A stretch of 64,000 bases of DNA from Lama glama. Taxonomy: Eukaryota. The notes below the pieces were generated by a model that worked only from the letters and a program-made list of their open reading frames with translations, did not search any database and was not told the origin of the DNA. The stretch covers positions 2,914,001 through 2,978,000 of the forward strand of contig CM052829.1 in assembly GCA_028534125.1 (NCBI GenBank), read 5' to 3'. The position numbers were made by a program, and so were the translations under genes. Position 1 is the first letter of the stretch. Every line of letters begins with the position of its first letter. This document shows, in pieces, positions 12,881 to 25,858 of the stretch.

Positions 12881-15800
12881 GCTTGGAAATGAGTAATGAT
12901 CCCTGCAGAGCAGCGGAGGGTCTTGGGCTGAAACTATTTAACATTGAAATGAAAAAGGAGGCAACACGTGGAGGGAGAGTTCTGAGCTTGGCTGAGGCAG
13001 GCCTGTATTCAAATGTGACTCCTGCCAGTTCTGCTGTGTGACCAGCAAAGACAATAGGCTCTCACAAGTGGGGGCACTCAAAGCTCCACGGTTGACACGC
13101 CCAGCAGAGAAAATCATGTAAGGCATATAAAAGCACCTGGTTGAAAAAGAGGGGGCAGAGTGAGCTGTATTACTCACTAGGGAAGGATACGATTGCCTCG
13201 TGATGTCTGATGAATGCCTGGTGTACGTAATGATACAGATGTTAGCGGGTCTCTGCGCTTCCACCTGGAGAGAGAGTCACTTTCAGGTCAGCCCCCTGAA
13301 ACCACTACCAAACCGGTGGACATCAATGTTGAAAACTGCATCCTGCTAATGGCACTAGGGGACAGTTGAACTGCTTAGATGATATTTAAAGTCTGTCTCA
13401 CTAAGTAAAACCTTTTATTTCGTGAACTCCTCAATTTTGCAATTCCTCTGTTCTTATCAGAGTGAAATACAGGGTAACGATGCTCATCTTTATCTTAAAG
13501 AACCACTTCAGGGTCCCTCAGTTTGGCAACTTTGATTCCATAATTAAGACGTCTTCATAAGTCAGGTTGAAAGACATCTTCCTTACAAAAAGCTGCCTCC
13601 TATGGCAGGCAGCAGCCTGCCTCTGGGCAGTGTCTGGGCGCTGGGAGGGCGGGATAGGTGCTTTCAAGTGGCAGGAGGAGGGGGTGGGACTAAAGGAAGA
13701 TGCAGAGGCGGGGTGAGGGTGGGGGACAGCATCCTTTGAGTTGTTTTTGCTAAAACTTCCAATAAGGAGAATTTTGAAAGTCATTTAAAAGAACTATTGT
13801 TTTTGTTCTAGTGTTATTCATGTCACTCTCCTTAACATCACACTATTTTACATTTTCCAAAGCCTTCCTAAAGCATGCATAATAGCATTTAACGGAGAAG
13901 GTGGTTCTGCAGAGCGCGTAAGAGCGAGCAATATCTGTGATGAGCTGCGGAGGCCCGTCGGTGAAAGCGGCGATGCCCACTAGAGCCAGCAAGCGAGTGG
14001 AGGGTACTTGTGCTCGCGTCTGTGCTCTGGTCCAGGTGACTAGTGTCCACCGCATCTCTGGGGGTTCTCTGCAAAGCACTTACCAAAGGATGTTGGAAAC
14101 AAGAGAACAGATACAAACATCATTTATGATTCGACTGAAAAATGGCTATTTTTCTTCCTACCAACGTGCATGATACTACAGACCTTTGTTTCAGAAGTCA
14201 TTGTAAATGCTGACACGACAAGAATTCAGTCCTCACCCTAATGTTCAAAACAGAATCAATAAGCCAGACTCTGGGAGTGGCCGAGGCTCCTCCGAGCACC
14301 AACAAAACGAGGTGTTTACCTGGAGGTAAAAGAGGCCTCGCACAGCAGGCGTGGCAGCAAAGAAGGGACGCAGGGGACGTTTACGGAGGGTCAGACTCAA
14401 GGAGGAACCACATCAGGAACTGTCTACTGTCACTGTTCACCAGGCACTGTGCCCAGCACAAAAGACCCAAGAGTGTTGCAGGTCGAGACTAAACACATCC
14501 TATCTCGGGACCCCAGAGGGCTCCTCACGGGAGGACAAGGAACGCTACCTTGTCAGACGAGTGTGACTGCAAAGCTGGTTCTCTTTGTCAGAGATCTTCC
14601 AGATGATTCTGAACCACTGCTTTAAGGGAACCACCCCGCCAAACACACACACAGTCATTTCCAAAATAATTATGTTAGTATCGATGCCTTAAAAATATAA
14701 TTTTGAATTTTAAAAAATTGTCTCCTTTTCTATAGCCACACAGACCGAAGTGTTAGGACTAGCTTTTTATTCCTTTTTTGGGTAGCAGATGTCACTATTG
14801 TCCATTTGGAAATGGATTTAATCTTACAAACTCCAGTGTTTATCATATGGGCAGGTGGGATGAGGTAACATCCTGCCGTGCTCTGTCAATACAGGAATTG
14901 TTATAACAAAGGGAGATTCAAAAGCTGGTCTGCACCACACTCACATACCTATCTCTCTAGGAGTTTTCAAACGCAGTTTCCAAAGTGATTTAAGAGTCTT
15001 CAGAATACAGGTTCCAACGTAATGTAAAGATATTACACAGAATAGCATTTTCTTCAAGCTGGTCACATGAAAATATGTAAGAAGAAATTGATGTATTTAG
15101 GCAGAAACTAATGAGTATTTTTAAAAGGAAGCATTTTGGGGTGTATGTGTTACACAGTGGTAGAAATTTTCAAGGTACCTTTATCTAAAAATTGTCTGCA
15201 GATTGTGACTCAAGTTCGAGGTCAGTTTATATAAGCAAGCCTCCATTTTCTTTTTCCCCCCTTGTCCTCGAGAGGTCTCCATCTCCCGGGAAGGCGCCGC
15301 AAGTTGCAGCTGGAAGTCTGCCTTCTGGTGAAATGGAGAAAGCATCATTTTCACCTCGTTTGTCCAGTGGGGGGGTTGCTGCAGCTCAGCTGTGATCCTC
15401 TTGCTTTCTTGCAGCAACTCACTTAATTTTAGAATTTGCAAAATACTGTAACAGGCCTTAAATCTCTTGCTCTTTACTATATTGTTCCCTAAACCGTAGA
15501 GTAGAAATTTTATGGTGGAGTTTTTTTCACTTTTTCCAGTTAGATGTTGCCCTACTTAAGAGAAGAACCAAAGAACAAGATCCATAATCGTTTTTGCTTC
15601 CATCCCGGTGGTGCATCTGACAACCCCAGCAGTGTCCACGAGTACTCACCATAGGTACCCGCAGTACTCCACAGTGTCCACGCTGGGTAAGCCGTAGTCC
15701 TCAAAAGTGCCCACCGTGGGTAGTGATAACCAGCAGTACCCATCTAGGGTACCCAGGATCACCCACGGTGACCGTATGATGGAGGCTATTCTAGAAGTGC

Positions 15801-17859
15801 CACTTTCCAAACTTTTCTCTCTGTGTCCCTAAATTGGACACGTGAAATCTTGTGGCACCATGTCTTTAAAGGAAAGTGAAAGAGGACAGAGCTACATAAA
15901 AGGCTAAACCATGTAAAATCCCATTTCTATAGTTCAAAACCAGTTGAATATCAGCCATTTCATAGGTCCAACTGTACTACATATATTTCTCCAAACTGTG
16001 AAATAGGATAGCCTTACACTTAAGGAGACTGTGAAGCACTTCCTTGCCAAAGCTCATGCGCTTTGGCAGCTTTGGGAGACCAACTTTGCCTTGTTGACAG
16101 CATCTCTAGAGAGTTTTTGTCAGAAAGAGGAGGCAGCCCACTCAAGGGCTGGGAGAGGTGAGAGCTGTGTCAGAATCCAGACTTTCCCTCTCCAGATAGA
16201 CTTTCTGGTCCCATATCCTTCTCTGGGATTGGTGGGAAGGCTGAGAGAAGGTTCTTCTCAACTTTTCTGTATCAACTCTGAGGCTCGCATGAGCTTTCTC
16301 TCTCTCTCTCTATTTTTTTTGGCTAGTGCCTAAGGCTTCTATAGCATAAAGACCATTAAGGTAAGGATCAAGTTATCTGAGCTTAAGCCAAGATTTATCT
16401 GCCTAAATTCGTTTTCCAGTAGAGCTATTACCTCGCCCTTCTTCCCACCCCTTCACCTCAAGGCCCCCCCACACGGTGAACTTGTTCCGGAGTTAAGCTG
16501 AGATGAAGGCCAGCGAGGCTGCTTTAACCCGGACACCGCGGTCCACGGCTGCCTGAAGTGACCGCATGCTGCTATTTAAAACATCTTTCATATGTAATGT
16601 TATTACGAAAATTTCAAAGTTCCAAACAGATCATTTCAGTGGGGTTTTTTTCCTAGACAACCTCCCATCTTCTTTCACCTCCTAATGCACTCCTTAACAT
16701 AAAAGAATCTGGAACAGTCTGGCTGACTGTTTTAAATCTCTTTCTGGAAGAAAACAGGCCAGAGCCTTGTGGATGACAGTTGATTTGGTGGCTGTTGCTA
16801 GGGTAGAATTTCCGCCACATGTGAAAAAGAATGTGCTTGCTAATTTATCATTCAAAGAGGATTTTTTTTTTCTTTTTTGGTGAGAGCTAATATGCAAAAC
16901 CTGTTAGTACAAAGGGAAAAAGAGAGAGGGAAAAGCTGAGTGTGGGTGGGTGAGGGTTGTGCTCTAAGCACTGCAAGGGGGTTTGAGATAAATGTGCAGC
17001 CGACACTGGCGGGGGCTGGGGGCTGGCACAGACCACAGCGCATCAGAGAAAACTGGAAAGAAAACAGGAAGGGGAGACAATTTTTGATAACTTTATTTTG
17101 GAGTCTAAATAGAATGGTTATGAAGATTTGTGCTTTCATCCTTCCAGTTTAAATTTTAAAAAGAAATCCTCAAAGGTTATTGCTTCTTAAGAGAGAATAC
17201 AGGTACATTTTCTAAAAATATGGAAGAGCAAGATTTGACTATGAGGCTTAACCACAGGGAAGGAGTCATGGGGAGGTGACCTCCAGAGAAACAGAACCAA
17301 AAATGTTTGGGGACAGGGGAGAGAGAGAGGAGATCCCAGCCTACCAGTTTAAATGTTAATCTCATTTAAAAGATGCTGTTCCTACAACTTCCAGACCAAA
17401 CATTTGGGCTCAGCAAATTGACATGTAAAATGAACCATCACAGGAAGGAAGAATGTCAATAATTTAAGCAAGATTTTGTACTTTTTCTCTGAAAGTTGTT
17501 ATCAGAGCAGTTCCACTTCTTGGCAATAAGTTAGTCCCCGTCCTGTCAGAGGAGATGGCCCTGGAGGTCCCCTGGTCACCTGCCAGGCTCTCCGAAGGCC
17601 TGCCTCCCCTCACCCCGAGGGCACAGGCCTGTCCCGACACACAGGAGGGAAGCACCGATGTGGAGCACCACTCTGCCAGTCCCCCCGCACCCTCTCCCTT
17701 CTAGAACAACTCAGGAGAAAAGTGTACACGTGAAATGTAGATGAGTTTTTTAAAAACAGAAGTCAGATCACATGAGTCCACCGAAGTTTCCCCATTTCAT
17801 GAAGAAAGAAAACCGAGGTCAGTGGCCTAAGAGGGCTGGCATGAGCTGGGCACCATCCC

Positions 17860-18257
17860 CTTTCTGCCTCCTGGCCCCTGCGGCGCCTCCCCTCCCCTCC
17901 CCTCCCCACGTTCTCCAGGCACTCTGACGTTCTGGCTCCTTCCTGAGAAGCCACACATGCTCCGGTGGGGCCGTCACACGGGCTGTCCCTGAACATCCTT
18001 CCCTCCACTCCCCGCAGGCTCACCCTCACCTCCGACAGGGCCTAGGGAGCCCAGCCCGACCCCTCTCCCTGCACTCACCACATCCATGTTAAGCAGTCGA
18101 GTTACTTAGGGTATTTATTCCTTTCTATTCTCCATGCTGGAGTATAAGGTTCACAAGGGCAGGGATTTTTAACTGTTTGGTTCACTTGTGTATCCCAAGT
18201 GCCTAGAATGACACCTGGTGTGTAGCAGACCCCCAGTTCATACTTGCTGAATGAACA
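17860..18257 (+). mobile_element. L2 3' end
   Basis: gtataaggttcacaagggcaggga...ttcacttgtgtatcccaagtgcctagaatgacacctgg...tacttgctgaatgaa. Confidence 0.8.
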
Positions 18258-19399
18258 CACGAGTGATTTCCCAGTACTGCGGGGAGAGAGCGGGCAAGCA
18301 GCCCCAAAACCCCTCACCCAGCACTTCTGGGTTTTCCTCACTGGCCTGATAGAGGTGATGTGGGAAGAGGTGGGAGTCCCTTCCAGTTTGCAAATCTTCT
18401 CTGGGGGTGACCACACACGTGGGCACCCCAAGAGTGTTCGTACATCCGATTTTAAATTACCTTGTTTTAACTAAATATGTAAGTCACTCAAGAAAAATTT
18501 GAATTAAATATATTAAAGGCTTATTTCCCTTTCTCCATACATGGAAAATACTTAGAGAATAATATACTTTACTCTTACGAAATCAAAATAAACCCTTATT
18601 TAGACCCAGGTGTGAATAAGCACCGTTAACGACTTAACCAGAGCAGTCTAATTTTATTTACACTTTTCAGTGCTGAAATGTGAAGTTTTATGGTTTGGTT
18701 TTTTGACTTAATACATGTCCTCTAAAACAAAAACAAGCAAACAAAGCAGATACTTAAATCTCAGACCGTCAAACACATACAGAGTTGCCTATTTGCAGAA
18801 TAGGAAATTCATATTAAAACCTATAGCCATATGTTTAGGGCAGACAGAGAAATAGAGAAAACCATTGATTTTTTTAATATCCAATTATCTCGATGTTTTC
18901 ACCTCTCTTCTTCTCATTAAGATAACTTATTCTAAAAACTCAGGCTTGAAAACTTTGATCCTTTTTCCCAGAAGGAAAGGTCCTAGGTGTGGTGGGTTGG
19001 TGTGTGCTGTGGGCATCTGGATGTTGAATACTGAAACTCAGAGAGGAGGCTGAGGTCTGAGTGGGTAAGGAAAAGGCACTCAGAAAGCGTGCTTCTCCCA
19101 GCTTTGCAGATTGGGGTTGGGAGACCCCCACAAAACACATGAAAAGTCCCCAGTTGGAAGCTGGTGTTGGAAGTTAGTGTTACAATGTTCATAGACAGCT
19201 GGCTACACTCTGCTTGCTCCGTGGTCTTGTTTGGAAGAGGAGTCTCTGGGCACTTTGAGTCCTGGTGGCTTCTGTCCTTCTTTGGTGACAAGGTCATTGG
19301 TTTTCTTTGGCCTGGTTAGGCCCTCAAGAATAATCAGTTAAGCTGAAACTTCGTTAGCTGAAAACACAGGGCGGTCCAAGATGTCTCCTTTTATAGCCC

Positions 19400-19590
19400 T
19401 AATAAAAACAGCAGGCCCTGGTTACTGGACGTTGGCTCTGTGCTAGGCACCCATCAGTCTAGGGGTTTCCATGGTTTCCATGCATTTTCTCTCTGAGTCC
19501 TCACAGTTACGTCTCATGTGAGTTGAAAGACCTGCCAGGTTGTGGCAGAGCTAGGACTCAAAACCAGGCTGTTCTGACTCCAGAGGCCAA
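19400..19590 (-). mobile_element. MIR fragment
   Basis: tgtggcagagctaggactcaaaaccaggctgttctgactccagagg is the antisense MIR head motif. Confidence 0.65.
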
Positions 19591-19690
19591 TTTCTTTATT
19601 TCTTTCTCTTCTTTCTTTCCCCTCCTTCCTTCCTTCCTTCCCTCTCCCTCCCTTTCTTTCCTCCCTCCCTTCTTTCCCTCCCTTCTTTCT
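19591..19690. repeat. Polypyrimidine (CCTT/CTTT/CCCT)n low-complexity tract
   Basis: About 100 bp, almost purely C/T. Confidence 0.9.
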
Positions 19691-19910
19691 GTTGAGTGCT
19701 TACGACATGCCAGGCACTGTGCTAAGCATTTTACACACATAATCTTCCACGATTCTCAAAGCAGCATTAGGAGGTGAGTACTAGTATTCTTTCCACTTTG
19801 AGGGTGGAAGACGACACCCAGAGAAGCTCGGTATTTTGTCTATACACACATCTGGAATCTGGAAGGAGGGATAAGCAAGATTTGAACCTGGCAATTTGTC
19901 TCCAGAACAA
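19691..19910 (-). mobile_element. MIR SINE
   Basis: ttgagtgcttacgacatgccaggcactgtgctaagcattttacac...gatttgaacctggcaatttgtctccaga. Confidence 0.8.
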
Positions 19911-22900
19911 AGACATGAGTCTGCTTCTGCGTGACCCTGCCCAGCTCAGGTCCTCCTTCCCTGCCTGGTCTTTGTAAAGGTCGAGCATACACATGGACAC
20001 AAAGAATACTTGAATTAAAATGTAAAATTAGATATTTTACAGGTCATATGCTTTTACTACAGTCCAAAACAATAAAGTAGTAATAACGTGGCTAAAAATC
20101 TTCTTCATTACTTGGAAGTTGCTCAGATGCATCAAAGAGGATATTAAAACTAAAAGTAAGAATGTAGAAATGTATGAAAGGGGGAATGTTTTATTTTGAA
20201 GTCTGTGGGACCCCCCCCAAATCTCAATTCAGGGGGAATGTGTAGAAGGACACATCTTCAATTTGAAAGAAGAAAGACTGAAGACAAAGGCACTGGGAAC
20301 ACGTCATAGAACATAAGAAAGCAAACAAAAATGGAAGTGCGAAGAGAGAGTTCCTAACAGCTGAAACTAGTGCCGTGTAAAGTCAGAGGAAGTCAGGTAA
20401 ACACGGAGCCTGATCCTTTGGAGCCGGAGGTGGTTGAAGAGGCTGGAGTTGGGGGTGGAGGTCTGAGCGCTCCGAGGGGCCCTCTTGCCACCACAGCAGA
20501 GTAGCGCCTGCTCTTTGAGGACCTGAGTGTTAACCCTTGTCTCTCCAGAACTGACAGAGAAGCTATAGTAGTCTAACAGAGCCAGTCGTGCTTTGGCAGG
20601 AGAGAAGCCATTACAGATATTTAACTGCTATGCTTTCCTTATTTTGGAATAGTTTGCATCAAAATGGGGTTCCAGATTCCTGATCTGCGATGCTGACTTT
20701 TGTAAATCAAATTCTGTGTAAATGCGCTGGGAGAGGTTGCAAACTAGTCAGGAATCTATTTTACTTCCACCTGTGAAGGTGCACATCCTTCCCCCTTCCT
20801 TCCGTCTCCTTTACCTGCTGATAAAGGTGCATTGTCTTCAGAGTCTGCTGTGCTTGGTGACTCCTTAGTCAACAAATAGACCATGATCTGTAGACCCTGT
20901 TTGGATACTTCGCCACTGAAGCCTCACGTATGGCCATTGGTTTGGGCTTTTTGGAGGCAAACTTTTATGACAGTCATAGAATTTGCTCTACTTTTGAAAC
21001 ACTTATGCTAATTTTGGATTTTTCTGTTATTACAAAACTCTCCATTTGTATTTTGTGATTGTGCATCTACACTCTCACTTTCCCATTAAGATTTGCCCCA
21101 CCACACAGACTTCACACTCCATCCTGCCCACCAGCAGGGCTGCCGCAGGGCCACCATGCCGGTGCCCAGGAGCCGTGAGAGTGCTTCTGCTCTGTAATGT
21201 TTTCAAGTAAAATGTGAATTTGATAAACCAAATACAAGATTTGAAAAAATTTATTAAAAATTTCACTAATTCTACTTTCTTCAGAATTATACAGTGCTTG
21301 GTGACTGTATTCTGGATGAATTCACCTAGAAATGACAGTTCTGGGGTGTGTTAAGTGTTTAGTTCCAGGTTTAACTGCTGTGAGCAGTGTGGGCTCAGTG
21401 CTGTTACCTTATTTTAATCCTTTGTAAAGGGAGATGTAGGGGGGAAGACTCTCTCGTATCCAGTGAAGACTGGCAACTCCAGTGGCCACAGTGGATTGCT
21501 GGAGTTATGTAAAAAGGCTTTGGTCAAGAAAAAGCCATTGCTTTGGACATTGACCCAAATAGATGAGTAATGCATAGCTTTATGCAATGAATGAGTTTCT
21601 GATAAGCTTTGTGAAAATCTTTTTTATAACTAAAATCAAACTCTAAATGCAAGATTCAAAGGGGTGTTTTAAGTGAGTCACAGATCTATCCTTGTATTGA
21701 TCTCTCTTCTGGAAACTTTATATTAGGTTTGTTTAAGTCAGAGTTCAGAACATAAAATCGGATTTCATCTGTATTTTATAATTACTTAAGAAATAAGATT
21801 TGACTGAAAACAGATAGAGTTTCATAGTATACATACTGATCCAGCTATAAACTTGGGCTGTTTAATGTTGAAGCTTGCTTTTCTATCAGAAGAGCATTTT
21901 AATTGAGCCCTCTTTCAAATAACCTCGCCTTAATCAACACAAAAATCTGGAAGTACTGAGAACATCTGGAACATCCTGCCTTAGAGAAGGAAGCACACAG
22001 CACACAGCACACACCTAAGGGGGAAATCAAAAGCCCTAATTTGCCTTCTGGAGCTGCTTTTTATCAGGCTTAAATCGTAGCCCATGAAAGGTCTGAGGTC
22101 AGCTATGAGCAGTTATGGGAGTAAATTAACTGAGTCTTTGAGTGAGGTCATAATGAACACATTCATGGAGAGACACAGAAAATAGTCAACGTGAACGCGG
22201 CAGAGTGAGCAATCTATTCTCTCCCCCTGGGCTGACTTAATTCACTGGTGCTATGTAATACATGCTCAATTCTCAAGTTGGGGGGAGTGAGCACAAGTAC
22301 CTGGGCTGAATTTACGCTCTTCAGGGGCTCTGTGTTCTCTGTGATCATTCCTGAGGTATCATGCTCATTGTATCCCTACAAAATAAAATTTGCAACTTTC
22401 CCAGTCTTGGGAAAAATGGGTTAGGAAAATTTAATCACAGTAAAAAAAACAGTAAAAAAAACAGAAGAGGGTTTCACTGTAGCCAATCATTGGATGATAT
22501 TCAAAAAAACAAGTAGACTTTGGGAATTTACAACGAAGATTGTTTACTCTTTATTCCTCAAAAATAGTGAACTTCTTGCCAAAAAAGGGTGATTTCATAT
22601 TGATACATTGAAAACCTCTGAAATCCATCTCTTTTACTAGTGTAGCCTAATGTGAAAGGTGGATCAGATAAACTGAGTCATGGGTATATAGTGTCCAGTT
22701 GTTAAGATTCTAACAGTTTGCAAGAAGACTATGGGCTATGATCAGCAGAGACACCTCCCAGCTGTAAGATAATATATGATTGAGGTCTCCTTCTTCCACT
22801 GGGGCTCTACCATAACTCATCTAAAGGTCTCCACACCACTGTAACTTCTCAATTTGTTTGCATACATTTATCCCCATTCTTGTTTCTCACCTAAGGTGTG

Positions 22901-25725
22901 TTTAATGCTGGCAGTTAGGGTCGTCTAAGACCCCAGGAGTTGTAAGCCCTCTCTACCACCTCTAACCTGAGCAGCCTCCCCAGAAATGATGCCATTACTT
23001 CTGGGTCACTCCAGAACCAAAGAATAAAGAAGGAATGTAGGAAGTATTTAAATTAAGGTGACTATGTCATGATTTATTTGTCAATTATATAAGATTATCA
23101 GATAAAAGTCACAGTCATTTTAACTTGATTTTAATTGTCCAAATCCATTTTTTAATCAAGTTGGAGAATCTTTCAGAATGCACGTTAACATTTCTAAAAG
23201 TTTGTTATTAAATGAGTTGCGTCTGAGTGGATGATGTTCCATTATAATTCTCAGAGCACTTGTGGTCAGGAGTTTACACTACGGATAGGAGAATAGCAGC
23301 TGAATGGTAGCTATGATATGATTGCCTTAAAGCCACCCTTTGTTTTCTGTATTTCATTCAAATGCATGTTTTGGTGACTCATGTTAAGAAGGGTAGTAGG
23401 TCTATAGGCCTTACGTCAGTCTATACGCCGTATATGTCGGTCTACACATGTCTTGGACCAAGAGTCCCAGGTCAGCACCAGAGGCCCACGCTCAGACCCT
23501 TTGGAAGGAGAAGATGGACAAAGCCTACACAGAATGTGCAGATGACCTGCTCATCTGAAGCGCTCTGTCTCTGAGTCCCCAGGAGCCTCCCTAACCATTC
23601 ACGTGCTGCAGGATTCTTTTCCTGGCCCTCTGCCAGGTGGCGCAGCTTGAGCAAATGCAGCCTCCAGATACTCCCTTCCTGCCCAGTTCAACCACAGACT
23701 TGGACTCTGGCCAGGTGGGTCCTTTGAAAAACAACCAATGTGACATGGAAAGCGAAACCAACAAATTATTTAGCACCTCTTAGCCTTGGTGTGTTCTTCT
23801 GGAAAGATGGCGCCCGCCTCGTTGGTCATAGTCGTGGTCGTCAGCTGGAAGATCTCAGTACAAGCAGATGAAAGAAAAGCAAAGTGGAGATTTATTGTGG
23901 AGGTTTCCAATCAGGAGGATATGCTGGCTTTTTAGTCTGTTTTTTCAGCTAGGGTTGATATGCTCAATAGGTGTTGTTTGTTACTGAGCAGAGATGGTGG
24001 GTCATTTGAATGGCACAAGCATTGTTACGTGGGAGTTTTTGAAGCCCAGTGAGCATAGTACAGAATAATCTGCCAGGAACACAAGACTCCTGGGTGGAGA
24101 TTTCTGGAAACTTCCCATGGAAACATCTACCAGAATGGAGTGCTGGAGAGCAAAGGAGTAAAGGGAATTTTCCCACACAGCAGTAGAGAGCAAAAAGGTA
24201 ACTGGAGACCTGGATCAGTGAAGAGGCAGCTTTGAACTCAGGGGGCCTCCAGGTGCTTGGCTAGCAGTCTCCTAAAAAGATCCTGTCTGAAACAAGGAAA
24301 TCCTACCATGTCCCTGCTCGCAGATCAGGAGCATAATGTGGGTGCAAATGGGCCCCCGGGAGGAAACCCCACTTCTCCACCTTGCCTTTGTCGATGACTA
24401 CAGTATGAATTAGTGCAGAAGATAAAACACAGTTATCAAGCCCCAGCATCTCAAGGAAACAAAATGAATTTGTCCAGAGATTATGGAAGATACGTTGTCT
24501 CAACTACCCATCTCTGGCTGGCTGTCAAGTCACACAGACAACCAATGAGGCTGAAAGAACAGGGCTGCTTACCTTCTGAGTTTTGTGAGCTATTTTTTGT
24601 GATAAGGGTCTTTTCGGAAGGTTTAATACACAAAGTTCTAGCAATGGTTCACAATATGTTGCTTTGACAGGCTGGATGGTGTGTGTGCCAGCAAGGAGGG
24701 TGACACAGCCTAGGCAAGGGCCTTGTGTGTCAGAAAATCCAAGTCCTGGAGAGAACCGTCTGGGCCTGGGGATCTCCTGTCCGTGGGGTGCGCCAGCAGC
24801 CCCGGGCTTTCCCTCCATCTCTGTTCTCCTTTGGGCGCTTTCATGAGAGGAACTCAGGGAACCTGTCAGGGCCTGATGTCAGAACGACTCACTGGTGTAA
24901 ATGATCACGGCCAGAGCTGCACGACTTTAAATGTCCCTCCAGGCCTGGTCCAGACCAGAACTCTCATTGCCAGGCCAGGCCAGGCCGTGCTTCCTCCCTT
25001 CCTCCCTTTCTTTCTTTCTTTCTTTCTTATGAAAGAAAGGAATGCATTCTCTGGATGAAATGAGCCATTTCAATCCTTGTTTGAGACAAATCTGTAAGTC
25101 AACAGTTCTGCTTTTTCCCGTAACTGCTTCAGACCCCTTTGTGTAGATGTCAAGGCTCATGGTAAAACCATGGCTATTAAAATAATGTATGCAAGAAAAG
25201 GATTCCCAAGCTACAGATGAAGACCTGCTTGTTTCAAATGACTTTAACAACATACAATTCAAGCATCACACAATAATTTGTGTGGGCACTAAAGGTATTC
25301 GTCATGGGGGGACAGATGCAGTGGGGATTTTGACAATCTTTTACGAGCCTCTCTTCTCTTTGTATGGCAGGTGGACACAGGCTAAGTTGTCTGGAGCCCT
25401 TCCTAGCTCATCCTTTTTATCCCGAATGCCCCTGTGGTCACTTTCTACGTAAATGCTTTGAATGGACTTTGATTCTCTTAAAGTATTTCTTTCCTTTAGG
25501 CCTTTTATTTATAGAATTATATATAAATATTTCTCTCATTCTGCTTCTATTTGACTCTTAAAATAGCCTCAAAGGAAATGGGTACATCTGACTTGTAAAA
25601 GCTTGACGAAGGTGTTGGCTGTTTAACTGGAACTCAGGGCTGTAGTCTAATTTGTGTGTGTTTGAGAAATGAAAACTGCTTCAGCATTCTGCACATTTCA
25701 GTGAGCTTCTAAAGTGAATCTGAGA

Positions 25726-25858
25726 GGGGACGGTGTAGCTCAGTGATAGAGCGCATGCTTAGCATGCAGAAGGTCCTGGGTTCAATCCTCAGTACGTCCT
25801 CCAAAAATAAAAAAATAAGTAAACCTAATTACTTCTCCCACCAAATAAAATAAAAAAA
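25726..25858 (+). mobile_element. tRNA-Ala(AGC)-derived SINE, camelid Vic-1-like
   Basis: Head GGGGACGGTGTAGCTCAGTGATAGAGCGCATGCTTAGCATGCAGAAGGTCCTGGGTTCAATCC (A and B boxes), tRNA-unrelated AAACCTAATTAC segment, A-rich tail, TSD TAAAGTGAAT at 25710-25719 and 25859-25868. Confidence 0.9.

Noticed and set aside
12889-12925. MSND peptide resembling the recalled rodent PDE10A3 start
   Set aside because: Only four residues match, and the following GT (GTCTTG) is a poor donor.
16530-16560. REST/NRSE-like sites (also half-sites near 523 and 44575)
   Set aside because: Spacing or one half-site does not fit the RE1 consensus.
25726-25800. Possible tRNA-Ala gene (also 55955-56034)
   Set aside because: Broken acceptor/T-stem pairing and a SINE tail with poly(A) (plus a TSD for this copy) show these are SINEs.
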